Counted from the first letter of the stretch, positions 43,516 through 55,723 are shown. The stretch: DNA of 64,000 bases from an uncultured Flavobacteriales bacterium (GCA_937974275.1 CALJIF010000039.1:28897-92896), one strand, 5' to 3'. Notes: generated by a model not told the origin, from the letters alone. Translations and numbers: made by a program.

Positions 43516-44301
43516 TTATTTCAAAGAGATCACACAGTAATACGTTGTCGTTATAAAATCGCGCAAAATCGGGATGTTGAGGATTTTGGGTAACGCGCGT
43601 GTTTTCAAATTGAACTTCACCTCATAGTTCGGGTTGATCATATAAAACGTTTCCTTCTCGATAGTGAAGTTGCGTTTCTTGATAATGCGTTTGAAACGAT
43701 TGATAGAAATGCGCGTGTCCCACACTTCCATGAGGTTGGTGATTTTCGCTTCGCTTTCACCAAACATTTTGAGCATGCCTTTGTACATGAAACGCGGCAA
43801 CAAGTGGAAGTATGGCAATTTGCGCAGGAACTTGCTTTCACAAATTTGCTGGTGACCTCCGAATGGCATGTACCACGGCGGAAATCCTAAGAAAACTTTA
43901 CCACCCGGCGCCATGAAATTTTTAAGGTGTTCGAGAAATTTATCCTGATCGTAGATGTGTTCTAATGTATCTCGAAGCATGATAATGTCGAACTTCGGAA
44001 GGCTTGATAAATCGCTCTTATAAATATCTTCTGCGATGAGCTTAATGTTTTTGTTGTTCGGATGATTTTCGAAAAACTTAATTCCATTTGTGATTTTGCT
44101 CGTCGATAAGTCAATACCGTAAACCAGACAACCCATATCCACAAAAGGTTTCAGGTTACCACCTTCGCCGCTCCCGATTTCTAGAACTTTCGATTCCGGA
44201 GTAACCGGTGCTACTTCGCGAATGAATGGGATGACAAAACGTTCTGTTGTGAAACTCTGTTCCTGAAAATAACGTTCGCGGTTGGTATATCTTTCGTGCA
44301 T
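43516..44301 (-). CDS. Class I SAM-dependent methyltransferase
   Basis: Motif I VLEIGSGEGGN ... post-I acidic GIDLS ... motif II FDIIMLRDTLEH. Confidence 0.75.
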   Translation of the reverse strand: MHERYTNRERYFQEQSFTTERFVIPFIREVAPVTPESKVLEIGSGEGGNLKPFVDMGCLVYGIDLSTSKITNGIKFFENHPNNKNIKLIAEDIYKSDLSSLPKFDIIMLRDTLEHIYDQDKFLEHLKNFMAPGGKVFLGFPPWYMPFGGHQQICESKFLRKLPYFHLLPRFMYKGMLKMFGESEAKITNLMEVWDTRISINRFKRIIKKRNFTIEKETFYMINPNYEVKFNLKTRALPKILNIPILRDFITTTYYCVISLK

Positions 44302-44502
44302 AGTATAAACTTGATATCCGTATTTAACGACTTCAAATCAGGTCAAATCCGGCGACGTCAAAAGTACGAATTACTTGGTCATCTTTTGGATAGCCCGCTA
44401 CAGTATTGCCGGTAAGGTTTTTCGTTATAGACCAGGTACCTACCAAGACACACAGAGTTATTTGCGGGAGCTATAAGAAGAAGGAAAGGCGGGGTATATT
44501 TC

Positions 44503-44973
44503 TCAAAGTGCCGTTCGTTTGTAAAAAATGTAATCGAGACTTGCCGGTGCGACACCTGAATTTTTCAATTCACTTTGAATTTGTCCGCGATGGTACGTGC
44601 TATGATTAATGATGTGAAAAAGTATATCGCCAATCGTATTCGTGAATGTTTCACCCCGCATGTTTTGATAGGTAATTGGAGAAGTTAATTGTGACTTTGA
44701 TAAAATTGTTTCCGTCACTGTTTTATTCTCTTTGTCAATTTGCTGCAGTTGTTCCGCCGGATGAATTTCCCAAACACCAAATTTGTTGGAAATACCATTG
44801 ATTCGAGTATTCCAGATGTGATGTGCATTAAGCGTGTGGTTTAAAAGTAATACTGCCTTTTCCGGACAGGTGTTTTTATTTACTTTAATTAACTCAATTA
44901 CCTGTTGATTGCAATGTGCGTTATACTGAAATAATTCGTTGAGATGACGCGCTAATGTATCGGAGTAATTCAT
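44503..44973 (-). CDS. DinB/YfiT-like (DinB_2) metal-dependent four-helix-bundle protein
   Basis: Three conserved His positions (HHIWNTR ... HIINHSTYHRGQ). Confidence 0.6.
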   Translation of the reverse strand: MNYSDTLARHLNELFQYNAHCNQQVIELIKVNKNTCPEKAVLLLNHTLNAHHIWNTRINGISNKFGVWEIHPAEQLQQIDKENKTVTETILSKSQLTSPITYQNMRGETFTNTIGDILFHIINHSTYHRGQIQSELKNSGVAPASLDYIFYKRTAL

Positions 44974-45091
44974 ACGTTTTGCAGCAAATAAAAACGGCTT
45001 CAGCGAGCGTTTTTGTCGGTAATTAGTTGTTGTAAAATTAACTAATTACAAACGTGCTCAGAACTGAAGCCGTTGAATACGCGCAACTATT

Positions 45092-47305
<2,214 letters not shown>

Positions 47306-47443
47306 TCAAGATACGCATTCTTGAGGAACAATACAATTTTACAACTACCCGATCAGTAAAGCTAATCGATAATATGTAAGGAACTATAGATAAAAACTAT
47401 ATGTAATGCAGGGTTTTAATCGCTTTTGATTTATCAGCTAGGA

Positions 47444-47854
47444 TTAGTGCGTTTCGGTGTATACCTTGAAATTATTGAGAATTGCCTGCCATCCCTGACG
47501 CTGCAGATCTTCAGAGTTCATGGTTTCTGCTTCGAAGTCGATAGTTATTGTAGTTGCATTTTCGTTTTCAGAAAACAGAATGGTTGCTTTTCTACCGTCT
47601 GCCATGGTGTAACGAATCAGTTGATGAGGAATAACCTCATCATAGGTTGTTTCAAAATCAAATCCGAAACTGCCATCTTTCGCATCCATGCGAGCTTTGT
47701 ATTTACCTCCCACGCGTAGATCGTTTTCTGCTCGAGGGCAGCACCAATCGTCGCTTGCAAAATTCCATCCGGTGATATGGTCCGGTTGAGTGTAATTATT
47801 CCAGACAGTTTGGATGTCTTTGTTAACGGTGGTATTAATGCTAATGGTGGCCAT
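47444..47854 (-). CDS. SRPBCC superfamily protein (AHSA1/Aha1-like)
   Basis: 136 aa. DIQTVWNNYTQPDHITGW...GGKYKARMDAKDGSFGFDFETTYDEVIPHQLIRY, typical Aha1-like. Confidence 0.65.
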   Translation of the reverse strand: MATISINTTVNKDIQTVWNNYTQPDHITGWNFASDDWCCPRAENDLRVGGKYKARMDAKDGSFGFDFETTYDEVIPHQLIRYTMADGRKATILFSENENATTITIDFEAETMNSEDLQRQGWQAILNNFKVYTETH

Positions 47855-47882
47855 TGGAAAATGTTTAGTGAGCGTAATGGTC

Positions 47883-48203
47883 TTATTTTATCAAAAGCAA
47901 ATGTGATTCTGTAATGGCATTGATCCAATGTTTTACGTTAGGTTCAATGGTATAAAAGTCGCCGGGAAGCAATTCTTTGTCCACGCCATTTTCGTCTTCG
48001 TACTTCACGTGTCCTTCAACATTTAAAAGCAATGCAGGAGTTTTAGTGATGTGTTCCTTAAGTTGTTGCTGTGCTGCAATTCGGATGGCAATTGTATTGC
48101 CGGTTGCGTTTTGGAAAATAGGAACAGCCGAAACATCTTTTGGGGTATTATGCAGTTGTTTTAGATTCATATGGGAATATTGGTTATGAATTATCCTTTT
48201 CAA
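47883..48203 (-). CDS. Cupin domain protein
   Basis: Small beta-barrel with HVKYEDENGVDKELLPGDFYTIEPNVKHW (G-x5-H-x-H-like / P-x-G-x2-H motif region). Confidence 0.5.
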   Translation of the reverse strand: MKRIIHNQYSHMNLKQLHNTPKDVSAVPIFQNATGNTIAIRIAAQQQLKEHITKTPALLLNVEGHVKYEDENGVDKELLPGDFYTIEPNVKHWINAITESHLLLIK

Positions 48204-48212
48204 TAAACGAAA

Positions 48213-48575
48213 TTACGTACGAAGGATTTTTTCCATAACTTTTCCTTTTGCTAGTTCGTCCACCAGTTTGTCCAGATAACGCACCTGACGTGTTAATTCA
48301 TTCGTAATTTCTTCAACACGATAGCCACAAATAATTCCGGTAATTTTATGTGCGTTCGGATGAATTTTTGCGGTGTGAAAGAATGACTCAAATGTACAAT
48401 CGCTTTGTGTCAACTCGATAATTTTGTTTCCACTGTACCCTGTAAGCCAGGTTATCACTTGTAATAATTCCTCTTCAGTTCGCCCTTTTTTAGTCACTTT
48501 AGTAACGTACAAAGGATACACCGAAGCGAATTTTATCTTCGCTATTTTTTCGTCATGATGGGCCGTGGAGGACAT
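48213..48575 (-). CDS. DUF2200-like protein
   Basis: IKFASVYPLYVTKVTKKGRTEEELLQVITWLTGY resembles DUF2200 family N-termini. Assigned by recall only. Confidence 0.4.
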   Translation of the reverse strand: MSSTAHHDEKIAKIKFASVYPLYVTKVTKKGRTEEELLQVITWLTGYSGNKIIELTQSDCTFESFFHTAKIHPNAHKITGIICGYRVEEITNELTRQVRYLDKLVDELAKGKVMEKILRT

Positions 48576-48643
48576 ATATGTAAAGGTAAGAAATCGTTTT
48601 CCAACTATTAGCCTTGCAAGGTTATTGAAATTCGATCGAGTTC

Positions 48644-49330
48644 CTAATCGCGGTTACGATCAATTTCATAGTACCATCCGATGGTCAAAAAATCACGCCC
48701 CGTCTCATCGTTGATGCGATAGTCGAATTGGTGCAGGTAGCCTATTTGAACGGTAGTATGTTGTCCTGCTTTGTAGGCTAGCGCAACCTGACTTCTGTTA
48801 CGTTCGAAGTAGGGTTCACGATTGGTGAAAAAGATTTCGTTGTTGGCGGTAATCTGAAATTTGGAAGGTGTGTTGTCGCGTTTCAAAAAGGTATAAGAAG
48901 CACCTACACGATAACGAAAACGATTGCGGTATCCTGCGGAAGTGAAACGCAATTCTGCACGATAACGTTGTTCAATGCGAATTCTTCCGATCGTTTGATT
49001 GAGCAGCACTTGCGGCCAGAGACGAAATTCGTCGTTGTTTTTTGGTGTAATAAAATTTCCTCCTTCACGATAGGTTTGATAAGAACCGGCAGCTAAAGTG
49101 AACTGCAGCTGTTTGTTATAGCGATAATTAATCCCGCCTTTATACTCGTAATAATGGAAATGATCGTAAAATTTTAAAGAACGTAATTGTGCTTCACCGA
49201 ATGCGCTCCACGCCGTGTCGTGATTATATTTGATATTGATGATATTCCACGATCCGAGATCGGGCAATTGTGCGTAAAGCCTCACTGCTCCAACTATTAA
49301 CGCTCCTATAGCAACAAGCCAACGTTTCAT
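48644..49330 (-). CDS. Outer-membrane beta-barrel protein (DUF2490-like)
   Basis: Signal peptide, alternating aromatic beta-strands, C-terminal aromatic-rich strand. Confidence 0.4.
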   Translation of the reverse strand: MKRWLVAIGALIVGAVRLYAQLPDLGSWNIINIKYNHDTAWSAFGEAQLRSLKFYDHFHYYEYKGGINYRYNKQLQFTLAAGSYQTYREGGNFITPKNNDEFRLWPQVLLNQTIGRIRIEQRYRAELRFTSAGYRNRFRYRVGASYTFLKRDNTPSKFQITANNEIFFTNREPYFERNRSQVALAYKAGQHTTVQIGYLHQFDYRINDETGRDFLTIGWYYEIDRNRD

Positions 49331-49331
49331 G

Positions 49332-49844
49332 TTACTTTGGTTTTACTTCATCTTTGCTGATGATGTAAAAGGAAGTTTTAAGCAAAACAGCGTTAGGTAT
49401 AGTGAGTGTTCCGCGATGTGAAGTTTTGATGAAAAGAAAAAAGTAGGTGATGTCAATGAGTTCTCCTTCCACTTCCGTTCCCTCATGCAATACACAAATG
49501 GTATCGCCCACTTTTACCGGGTGCTGAAAGAACAAAATCAAACACGCTGTGATGTTTGAAAGAATGGACATTTCCGCAAATAAGGCCACGCCGAAAACTG
49601 TAAGTAAAGAACTGGCGACAACAAGAATGTGATCTTGTTTTACGCTCCAAATCGCAACAATAATTATTGTTAACACAACGAACAAGATGAGATTGAGTAA
49701 ACGAGTAACGTCTTTCCTTTCGTTGTTTTTTAATAACGACTTCACCACTGTGATACGCACAAAATACTGTGTTGTAAAGCGAAGTATTAGAAATACCAGA
49801 AATGCTATTCCGGTTTCGATTAACTGAATTTTGTAGGAGCTCAT
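49332..49844 (-). CDS. Small mechanosensitive-channel (MscS-like) family protein
   Basis: Three N-terminal TM helices, then the MscS beta-domain PVKVGDTICVLHEGTEVEGELIDITYFFLFIKTSHRGTLTIPNAVL. Confidence 0.6.
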   Translation of the reverse strand: MSSYKIQLIETGIAFLVFLILRFTTQYFVRITVVKSLLKNNERKDVTRLLNLILFVVLTIIIVAIWSVKQDHILVVASSLLTVFGVALFAEMSILSNITACLILFFQHPVKVGDTICVLHEGTEVEGELIDITYFFLFIKTSHRGTLTIPNAVLLKTSFYIISKDEVKPK

Positions 49845-49971
49845 ACCGGTTCAGAATATAGTGCGAATGCTATTCAGTTCGATGTTCATTAGTTCAGAAC
49901 AAATGTATTCATGAATTGAATTTAACCATCCCAATTAACAATTTTATTGAGGAATATCTTTCAGTCAAGAC

Positions 49972-50742
49972 TCACTTTAACCGTAACAGTTTACCTTTTC
50001 GCTTTACAATGTTTTTATAATCCCATTGTATGATTGCTGCTTTTTTCAGACAGCGCTTAAGCATAGTAGCGTTAATTTCCTTAGAGTGTGCGTAAAATAT
50101 GGAAGCGTCTTTAAATTTGCCACCACGCACATTCAGCTCTTCCTCTTCAAAATCGACACCACTCCAAAACATGAGTCGCATTCCGCGTTTTTGTACGCTA
50201 TAACCTACAATCGGATTATCATCAATAAACCAAACAGGGTGGCCATGCCAAACTTTACTCTTGGCTGATTTAAGATTGGTTTCAATTAAAGCGAATAAAT
50301 TGTCTGCAATTTTTCGATATTCCGGTTGCAGTTGCTCATTATAGTGCGCAATTTCTTCGGGTAATTCTGATTTGACAGTTTTTTTGCGAGCAGGCTGCAA
50401 CCCATCCTCTTCCAGTCGGAATTTTACAATTTTTCGAATGAGTGCTAGGGGCAAGGGTTTGCTTAAAGGGAATTGTATAGCGCCTTTCGATGTTTTGTAA
50501 GGAAGAAGTTCCTTTTTGAAAAATGCAATAGGCGAGGAGTGCGGATAAAATCCGATGTGATTTTTGTTCAACGCATAATACACCAATACTTTGTTTTGTT
50601 TGAAAGCCGGCATGCCGTAACTGATCACTTCCGTGGCATTGGGTGCTGCTTTCCGAATACATTCCCGGAGTTGTTGTAATAATTGCTGTTCTCCGGTTGG
50701 CACAGCTGCATGGTATTCGTCAATGGATTGAATTTTTTTCAT
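49972..50742 (-). CDS. DUF1801 (YdhG-like) + YdeI-like two-domain protein
   Basis: N-terminal IDEYHAAVPTGEQQLLQQLRECIRKAAPNATEVISYGMPAFK pattern matches DUF1801. Confidence 0.45.
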   Translation of the reverse strand: MKKIQSIDEYHAAVPTGEQQLLQQLRECIRKAAPNATEVISYGMPAFKQNKVLVYYALNKNHIGFYPHSSPIAFFKKELLPYKTSKGAIQFPLSKPLPLALIRKIVKFRLEEDGLQPARKKTVKSELPEEIAHYNEQLQPEYRKIADNLFALIETNLKSAKSKVWHGHPVWFIDDNPIVGYSVQKRGMRLMFWSGVDFEEEELNVRGGKFKDASIFYAHSKEINATMLKRCLKKAAIIQWDYKNIVKRKGKLLRLK

Positions 50743-50780
50743 CCTTACTTTGTTTCACGCAAGATAGAAATATTACAATG

Positions 50781-52013
50781 TTATGCAGTAGCGTTTCGTT
50801 TCGCGCTCGGCATACGAATCTGAATGATCAGTGCAGATACAATGGTTAATGCACCGATGAAATAAATTGCATATTGAACACCTAACGCATCCGCGATAAT
50901 TCCTGAAAGTATTGCCCCGAAAGCATAACCTAAGTCGCGCCATAAGCGGAATGTTCCAACACTTTCGGCGCGTTGAGCAGGAGTGGTTGCTTGCGCAATA
51001 GTTGCTAAAAATGTCGGATATACCAACGCTGTTCCCAAACCTAGCATTGCGGAAACGACTATTAATACGGCATAATTGTGTGTAAATGGTAGTGCTATAA
51101 TGGCAATTCCTTGCGCCAACATTCCCCAGAACAGCATTGCTTTTTTTGAAAAATGATCGGCCATTTTTCCCGTGAACAATTGCGCTATTCCCCACACCGA
51201 CGGATAGATAGCTGTTACAATACCAATCTGTTCGAAGTTGAAATGAAGTGTTGCCAGCACGACAGGAAGTAATCCCCAGATCATGCCATCGTTCAGGTTG
51301 TTGATCAATCCGGCTTGTGTTACCGAGCTCAATGTTTTGTCGGTGAAAGTAGTTTCCAAGAATACATTATTCAACTTGCGTGCATTGCCGGTGCTGTTCT
51401 CTTGTTGCACAAAGGTTTGTGTGTCTTTGATCCACAACAACGTAATGAGGAATCCCAATACAACTAAAATAATTCCGATGTAAAAAGGATACGGTGTTAC
51501 GCCGTACACTTGCGCAATGTAACCCGTAAAAAAGGCCGTAACACCAACAGCGAGATAACCGGCGAATTCATTGAGTCCCATGGCGAAACCACGATCTTTT
51601 TCGCCTACCAAATCCATTTTCATTACCACTGTGCTGCTCCACGTAAAGCCCTGACTAATTCCGAGGAGAATATTTGCTGCAATTACCCAGCTCCAATCAG
51701 GAGCAAGTATTAAAAGGATGGGAACCGGCAATGTAACCAGCCAGCCGAAAAGTAAAAGTTTTCTGCGACCGAATCGGTTGGCTAAACGTCCAGTGTAGTA
51801 ATTGGCTATCGCTTTCGTAATTCCGAATGCGGTAATGAAACTGAGGATTGCGGTTTTGGAAGCTATGCCGAATTCTTGTTCTGCAAGTTTGGGAATAATG
51901 GTGCGTTCTATCCCGACCATGCCACCAACAAAGGCGTTGACGAGTACCAACAAGGAAAACTGTTTCCAATTTTCCCGAAGTCCGAGTTGTACTTCGTGAG
52001 TTGCCTGTGCCAT
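50781..52013 (-). CDS. MFS transporter
   Basis: 12 TM segments. Loop 2-3 motif GRLANRFGRRK (G-x-L-x-D-R-x-G-R-R-like). Confidence 0.8.
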   Translation of the reverse strand: MAQATHEVQLGLRENWKQFSLLVLVNAFVGGMVGIERTIIPKLAEQEFGIASKTAILSFITAFGITKAIANYYTGRLANRFGRRKLLLFGWLVTLPVPILLILAPDWSWVIAANILLGISQGFTWSSTVVMKMDLVGEKDRGFAMGLNEFAGYLAVGVTAFFTGYIAQVYGVTPYPFYIGIILVVLGFLITLLWIKDTQTFVQQENSTGNARKLNNVFLETTFTDKTLSSVTQAGLINNLNDGMIWGLLPVVLATLHFNFEQIGIVTAIYPSVWGIAQLFTGKMADHFSKKAMLFWGMLAQGIAIIALPFTHNYAVLIVVSAMLGLGTALVYPTFLATIAQATTPAQRAESVGTFRLWRDLGYAFGAILSGIIADALGVQYAIYFIGALTIVSALIIQIRMPSAKRNATA

Positions 52014-52078
52014 GTTGTAAAATGTTTACACAAAATTCGCGGGAGCGAACCCGAAAACATTTTACAAATGATAAATAA

Positions 52079-52639
52079 TCAGGAAAGGTCGGCGCGGATA
52101 CGGCTGAGCGAGACCTGCGTTATGCCTAAATATGAAGCGATGTATTTTAGCGGAATATGTTGCACGTATTGAGTGCTTTTCAATAGTTCCAGGTACCGTT
52201 CTTTTGCTGTATGAAATTGTAAACTTTCGATACGTTTAATTGTGTTTACATATTCCTGTTCGAAAAGTATGCGGAATAAACGTTCGATGTCATGATGTTG
52301 ATCGTATAGTTTAAATAAAGCAAGTGAATCGATCGCATAAAGTTCTGTGTCGGTAATTGCCTGAATGCCTTTGGATGTAGGTTTTCCGGTGAACAAACTT
52401 TCTGCTCGAACGATGAGTTCTTGAGGAAAAGAAAAATGTTCCGTGATGTCGTTACCGTCTTTCCAATAAAAAATTCGTGCACAACCTGATTTTACGATGT
52501 ATAACGTACGACAAGTGCTTCCAATTTCCTGAATGATGTCATTTTTGCGATACGAGCGTGTGGTAATGAGTGCTTCGAGCGCGTCTTGTGCTGTCGGACT
52601 CAGCGGAACAATCGTTTGGAAATATGAAACTAAATCCAT
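52079..52639 (-). CDS. Crp/Fnr family transcriptional regulator
   Basis: cNMP-binding beta-roll followed by a C-terminal HTH (KYIASYLGITQVSLSRIRADL). Confidence 0.8.
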   Translation of the reverse strand: MDLVSYFQTIVPLSPTAQDALEALITTRSYRKNDIIQEIGSTCRTLYIVKSGCARIFYWKDGNDITEHFSFPQELIVRAESLFTGKPTSKGIQAITDTELYAIDSLALFKLYDQHHDIERLFRILFEQEYVNTIKRIESLQFHTAKERYLELLKSTQYVQHIPLKYIASYLGITQVSLSRIRADLS

Positions 52640-52686
52640 TGTACGATGTTATGTGTTGTAGGTAGTTTATGTTGAACTAACATCGC

Positions 52687-53172
52687 TTACTTCCCCAACT
52701 TTTTCGCCGCTTTTGTTTTCGGATTGTACAGTGCTTCATACGTCTCAATCCATTGCTTCACACTCATCTTTTTCATCAGCTTGCCGATCAGTTCGAAGGG
52801 AATGTCTTCCGGTTTTTTAAAGCGAATACAACTTTTTCCCATGTCCAATTTTTGTTGGGAGTATTTGGGATATTCATTCACGAACCAATCCAACAATTCC
52901 GGCTTCGCATAAATACCCATGTGGTAAAAGTTGATGGAATTTTTTTGAGAAGCAATACCTGCAAATGGCAGTGGTTCCGAAGGTTTGCAGTGATAGCCTG
53001 CAGGATAAATGGAATGGGGTACGACATATCCTAAACCACCGTAACTCATGCCCGGCTCAAATCCTTTCGGTAAATTTTTTGTAATTACTTCATGCAATTG
53101 ACGAAATGCCGCAGCACGTTCAGTAGGTACATTTTTCAAAATTTGTTCTACAGTGGTTCCGTTTGCTTTCAT
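52687..53172 (-). CDS. DUF1801 (YdhG-like) domain protein
   Basis: RAAAFRQLHEVITKNLPKGFEPGMSYGGLGY pattern. Confidence 0.45.
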   Translation of the reverse strand: MKANGTTVEQILKNVPTERAAAFRQLHEVITKNLPKGFEPGMSYGGLGYVVPHSIYPAGYHCKPSEPLPFAGIASQKNSINFYHMGIYAKPELLDWFVNEYPKYSQQKLDMGKSCIRFKKPEDIPFELIGKLMKKMSVKQWIETYEALYNPKTKAAKKLGK

Positions 53173-53191
53173 GGAGGACGGGATATTTTAA

Positions 53192-53833
53192 TTATTTATT
53201 TTTTACACAACGAACCGAAATGCCCGCAGATTTCTGCATAAAATCTTTGCCCAACATGGTGTTGTTATAATACAAATGTCGGCAAAACGCCTGTTTCTCA
53301 TTGTAGCTTTCGCTGCTCCAGTAATACGCTATGTCGCCCGCATCGCTGCAAGGTTCGTATTTGCTTCGCATACCCGATGGCACAGCATCAAAACCATTAC
53401 TTTGTGTGCCGTTACCGTTTTTGTTCCATCCTGAGGAACTTTTTAGCACTAATCCTGCTTTCTTTTTTCCTCCGCAGAATTGTTCCAGTTGCAACCAATC
53501 CGCGTCGGAAGGAATTCGCCAACCTTTCGGAGCCAATCCTCGCGGGTCGTTCACTGCATACCAATTATACAGTTTTCCGTATGTTTTTGGATCGGCGTCG
53601 TCGACCGAATAATAGCACCAGGCCGGTTCACCTTTTTCATTCGCTTCTATCCATTGATAATCGTTTACGACTTGAGGAATGTGATCGCCATTGCTGAACG
53701 TGTCTGTATCCAGGTTAACGCTCATCCAAATTTGATCTCCGATTACTACTTCTTTTAACGAGATTGTTGCGACGGGCTGCAGAACGAAACATGCAAACAA
53801 CAGTGGCAGTAGGAAGGAAGCAATTGAACTCAT
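53192..53833 (-). CDS. FISUMP-domain (Fibrobacter succinogenes major paralogous domain) secreted protein
   Basis: Signal peptide. Hallmark GKLYNWYAVNDPRGLAPKGWRIPSDADWLQLEQF and C-terminal Cys-containing tail. Confidence 0.6.
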   Translation of the reverse strand: MSSIASFLLPLLFACFVLQPVATISLKEVVIGDQIWMSVNLDTDTFSNGDHIPQVVNDYQWIEANEKGEPAWCYYSVDDADPKTYGKLYNWYAVNDPRGLAPKGWRIPSDADWLQLEQFCGGKKKAGLVLKSSSGWNKNGNGTQSNGFDAVPSGMRSKYEPCSDAGDIAYYWSSESYNEKQAFCRHLYYNNTMLGKDFMQKSAGISVRCVKNK

Positions 53834-53891
53834 GATGGGAAATTACGGAATATTTGGGGTGTGGTGTTTAAAACTGTGTAGCTCGTGTTTG

Positions 53892-54545
53892 TCACTTGGT
53901 ACATACCTTTTTTGCCGGGTAAATTTTACCATACACCCATGTCCCATATTGTCCTTCAAAGTACAAAGTGCAGAAATCAATGGATTTATCCTTTTGCGGT
54001 TTTTGATCAAAAAAACTTTTGGCAACGTTTAGATGAGCTTCTTGATTGATGCATCCAAATATTAGGGGAATTATAAATACGGTTTTACCGTTGAAGTATT
54101 TTGAATCAGCAGAATAGTATTTACAGCCTTGAGTAAGCACTTGTTCTAAATACTTGGTGGAATCTCCCAACATTTCACATTCACTTTGCTCTATGTATTG
54201 TTTCGCTTCAAACAGAAGGTAGATCGTTTCGCCCTTCCCATTAATCCAGTTTACCAACAGGTCAGCTCTACCAACAGGTGTTTTATCAAGGTCATTGTAA
54301 ACCAAATATTCTTGCAGCGTTGCGGCAGTTTCGGGAAAGGCACGAATAATGGCATTACTGAATACACCAACCCATGCTGTTTCATTTAATTCAAATAAGT
54401 AATGCCATTCGTTATAATTATAAATTGTTCTGCGCAGCTTTTCTAATTCAATTTGTAGGTATTGCAGTGTTCTATTAAAAAAGACATCAAGTTGATATTC
54501 GTTTAATTGTTCTTGTGAAGCGTATGATTGGTGTTGGATCAGCAT
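53892..54545 (-). CDS. Hypothetical protein with PD-(D/E)xK nuclease-like motif
   Basis: GRADLLVNWINGKGETIYLLFEAKQY resembles the D...(E/D)xK catalytic core of restriction-endonuclease-fold proteins. AT-rich gene. Confidence 0.3.
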   Translation of the reverse strand: MLIQHQSYASQEQLNEYQLDVFFNRTLQYLQIELEKLRRTIYNYNEWHYLFELNETAWVGVFSNAIIRAFPETAATLQEYLVYNDLDKTPVGRADLLVNWINGKGETIYLLFEAKQYIEQSECEMLGDSTKYLEQVLTQGCKYYSADSKYFNGKTVFIIPLIFGCINQEAHLNVAKSFFDQKPQKDKSIDFCTLYFEGQYGTWVYGKIYPAKKVCTK

Positions 54546-54650
54546 GCAGAGGGAAGTGTGTAAGATGTTTTTACGTAAATATTTCTAATCCTTTTGATTA
54601 GAATCTAGTCAAATTATTTCTCTTTCTTGCTCTTAACTAACCGCAATTGA

Positions 54651-55511
54651 TTAACCAATTTTAGTCACCATGTAGTTGATAAACGCCGTACAGCTAACGA
54701 GCATAAACTTGGCATCTTCAAATTGAATATCAAGATCATCTTCTAGCAGGGCATGTCGAATGCCGCCTGCATCACTGGTATAGCCGTAAATTGCAGTAAT
54801 TGCCTTTTGTAAAGCGGGATGGATCTTGTACTGTCTTTCTATAACTTTAAGCGCATCGCCTAACGTGGCTCTATCATTTTTAGTTACTATTTTACAATAA
54901 GCCTCGACAGCTGAAATAGATTCTTTTATTGAGTTTCTATAGTTAGGATTATTTCGATCTGAGAGATCATCTATTGCTGCTTGAAGATGGTTGGAAACTG
55001 AATTCCATTGGTCTGTATTTGACAAGCAATCTTCGATTTCTTTAATTTCTTGTTCTGATGTAATTCGCGCAATACTCTCATTAATGATTCGATAACCTGA
55101 AACTTCTTTCTCAAGTGCCCAATTGCATTCTGCAGTGAATCCAACCTTATAGATCCTGCTGTCAATTCTTGAAACTATCTCAAGTAGATCGTATATTTCA
55201 TACCATGCGGCTTCAAAAAACTTATTCCTAATAATTGTAATAAAGGCGTCAGTATTGACGGTCTTATTCGAGCGCATTGGTATTTGATCAATTGGATAGT
55301 TAAAGTGGTCTTTCCAAATTAGTTTACAGACAACTTCAAAATCAGATTCAGCATAAGGCTCAGCATAATTATCTAATTTGTAAAAAAAACTATCTAACAA
55401 GGTATTCCATAGTCTGTTTCTTAGATCTTGATCCATGGAGTCTACCTGCAGAATTGTTTTAATTGGAATCTTACCAATTTTTTGTGAAAATTTCATTTTT
55501 CTATTTTTCAA
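54651..55511 (-). CDS. AbiJ-like abortive-infection candidate (AbiJ-NTD-like N-terminus + putative HEPN C-terminal domain)
   Basis: N-terminus MKFSQKIGKIPIKTILQVDSMDQDLRNRLWNTLLDSFF matches the start of AbiJ-NTD4-type proteins as I recall them. C-terminal all-alpha region ...AITAIYGYTSDAGGIRHALLEDD is a HEPN-like R/H candidate. AT-rich. Confidence 0.35.
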   Translation of the reverse strand: MKNRKMKFSQKIGKIPIKTILQVDSMDQDLRNRLWNTLLDSFFYKLDNYAEPYAESDFEVVCKLIWKDHFNYPIDQIPMRSNKTVNTDAFITIIRNKFFEAAWYEIYDLLEIVSRIDSRIYKVGFTAECNWALEKEVSGYRIINESIARITSEQEIKEIEDCLSNTDQWNSVSNHLQAAIDDLSDRNNPNYRNSIKESISAVEAYCKIVTKNDRATLGDALKVIERQYKIHPALQKAITAIYGYTSDAGGIRHALLEDDLDIQFEDAKFMLVSCTAFINYMVTKIG

Positions 55512-55678
55512 GTATTTTGTCCGTTTACTGTAATTGCTACATTGGTGTTACTGTTTTGCGCACTATTCCTTCAATAATTTCACTAATGAACCAAATTACC
55601 ACCATTTATTGCCATTTTCCAAAATCGTATTCGAATCCTATTCGCAAAATTCCAGCAACCCCAAACTACCACGCAAAA

Positions 55679-55712
55679 AAAACGCCCCATTACGGAGCGT
55701 TTTTCGTTTGTG
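55679..55712 (-). terminator. Rho-independent terminator after the H+-PPase gene
   Basis: Minus-strand RNA reads AAACGAAAAACGCUCCGUAAUGGGGCGUUUUUUUU. Confidence 0.6.
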
Positions 55713-55723
55713 TGTGGAACGGG

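Noticed and set aside
55620-55645. ATTCGAATCC tRNA T-loop-like heptamer
   Set aside because: No flanking acceptor, D or anticodon stems. The surrounding sequence is AT-rich promoter DNA of the AbiJ-like gene.
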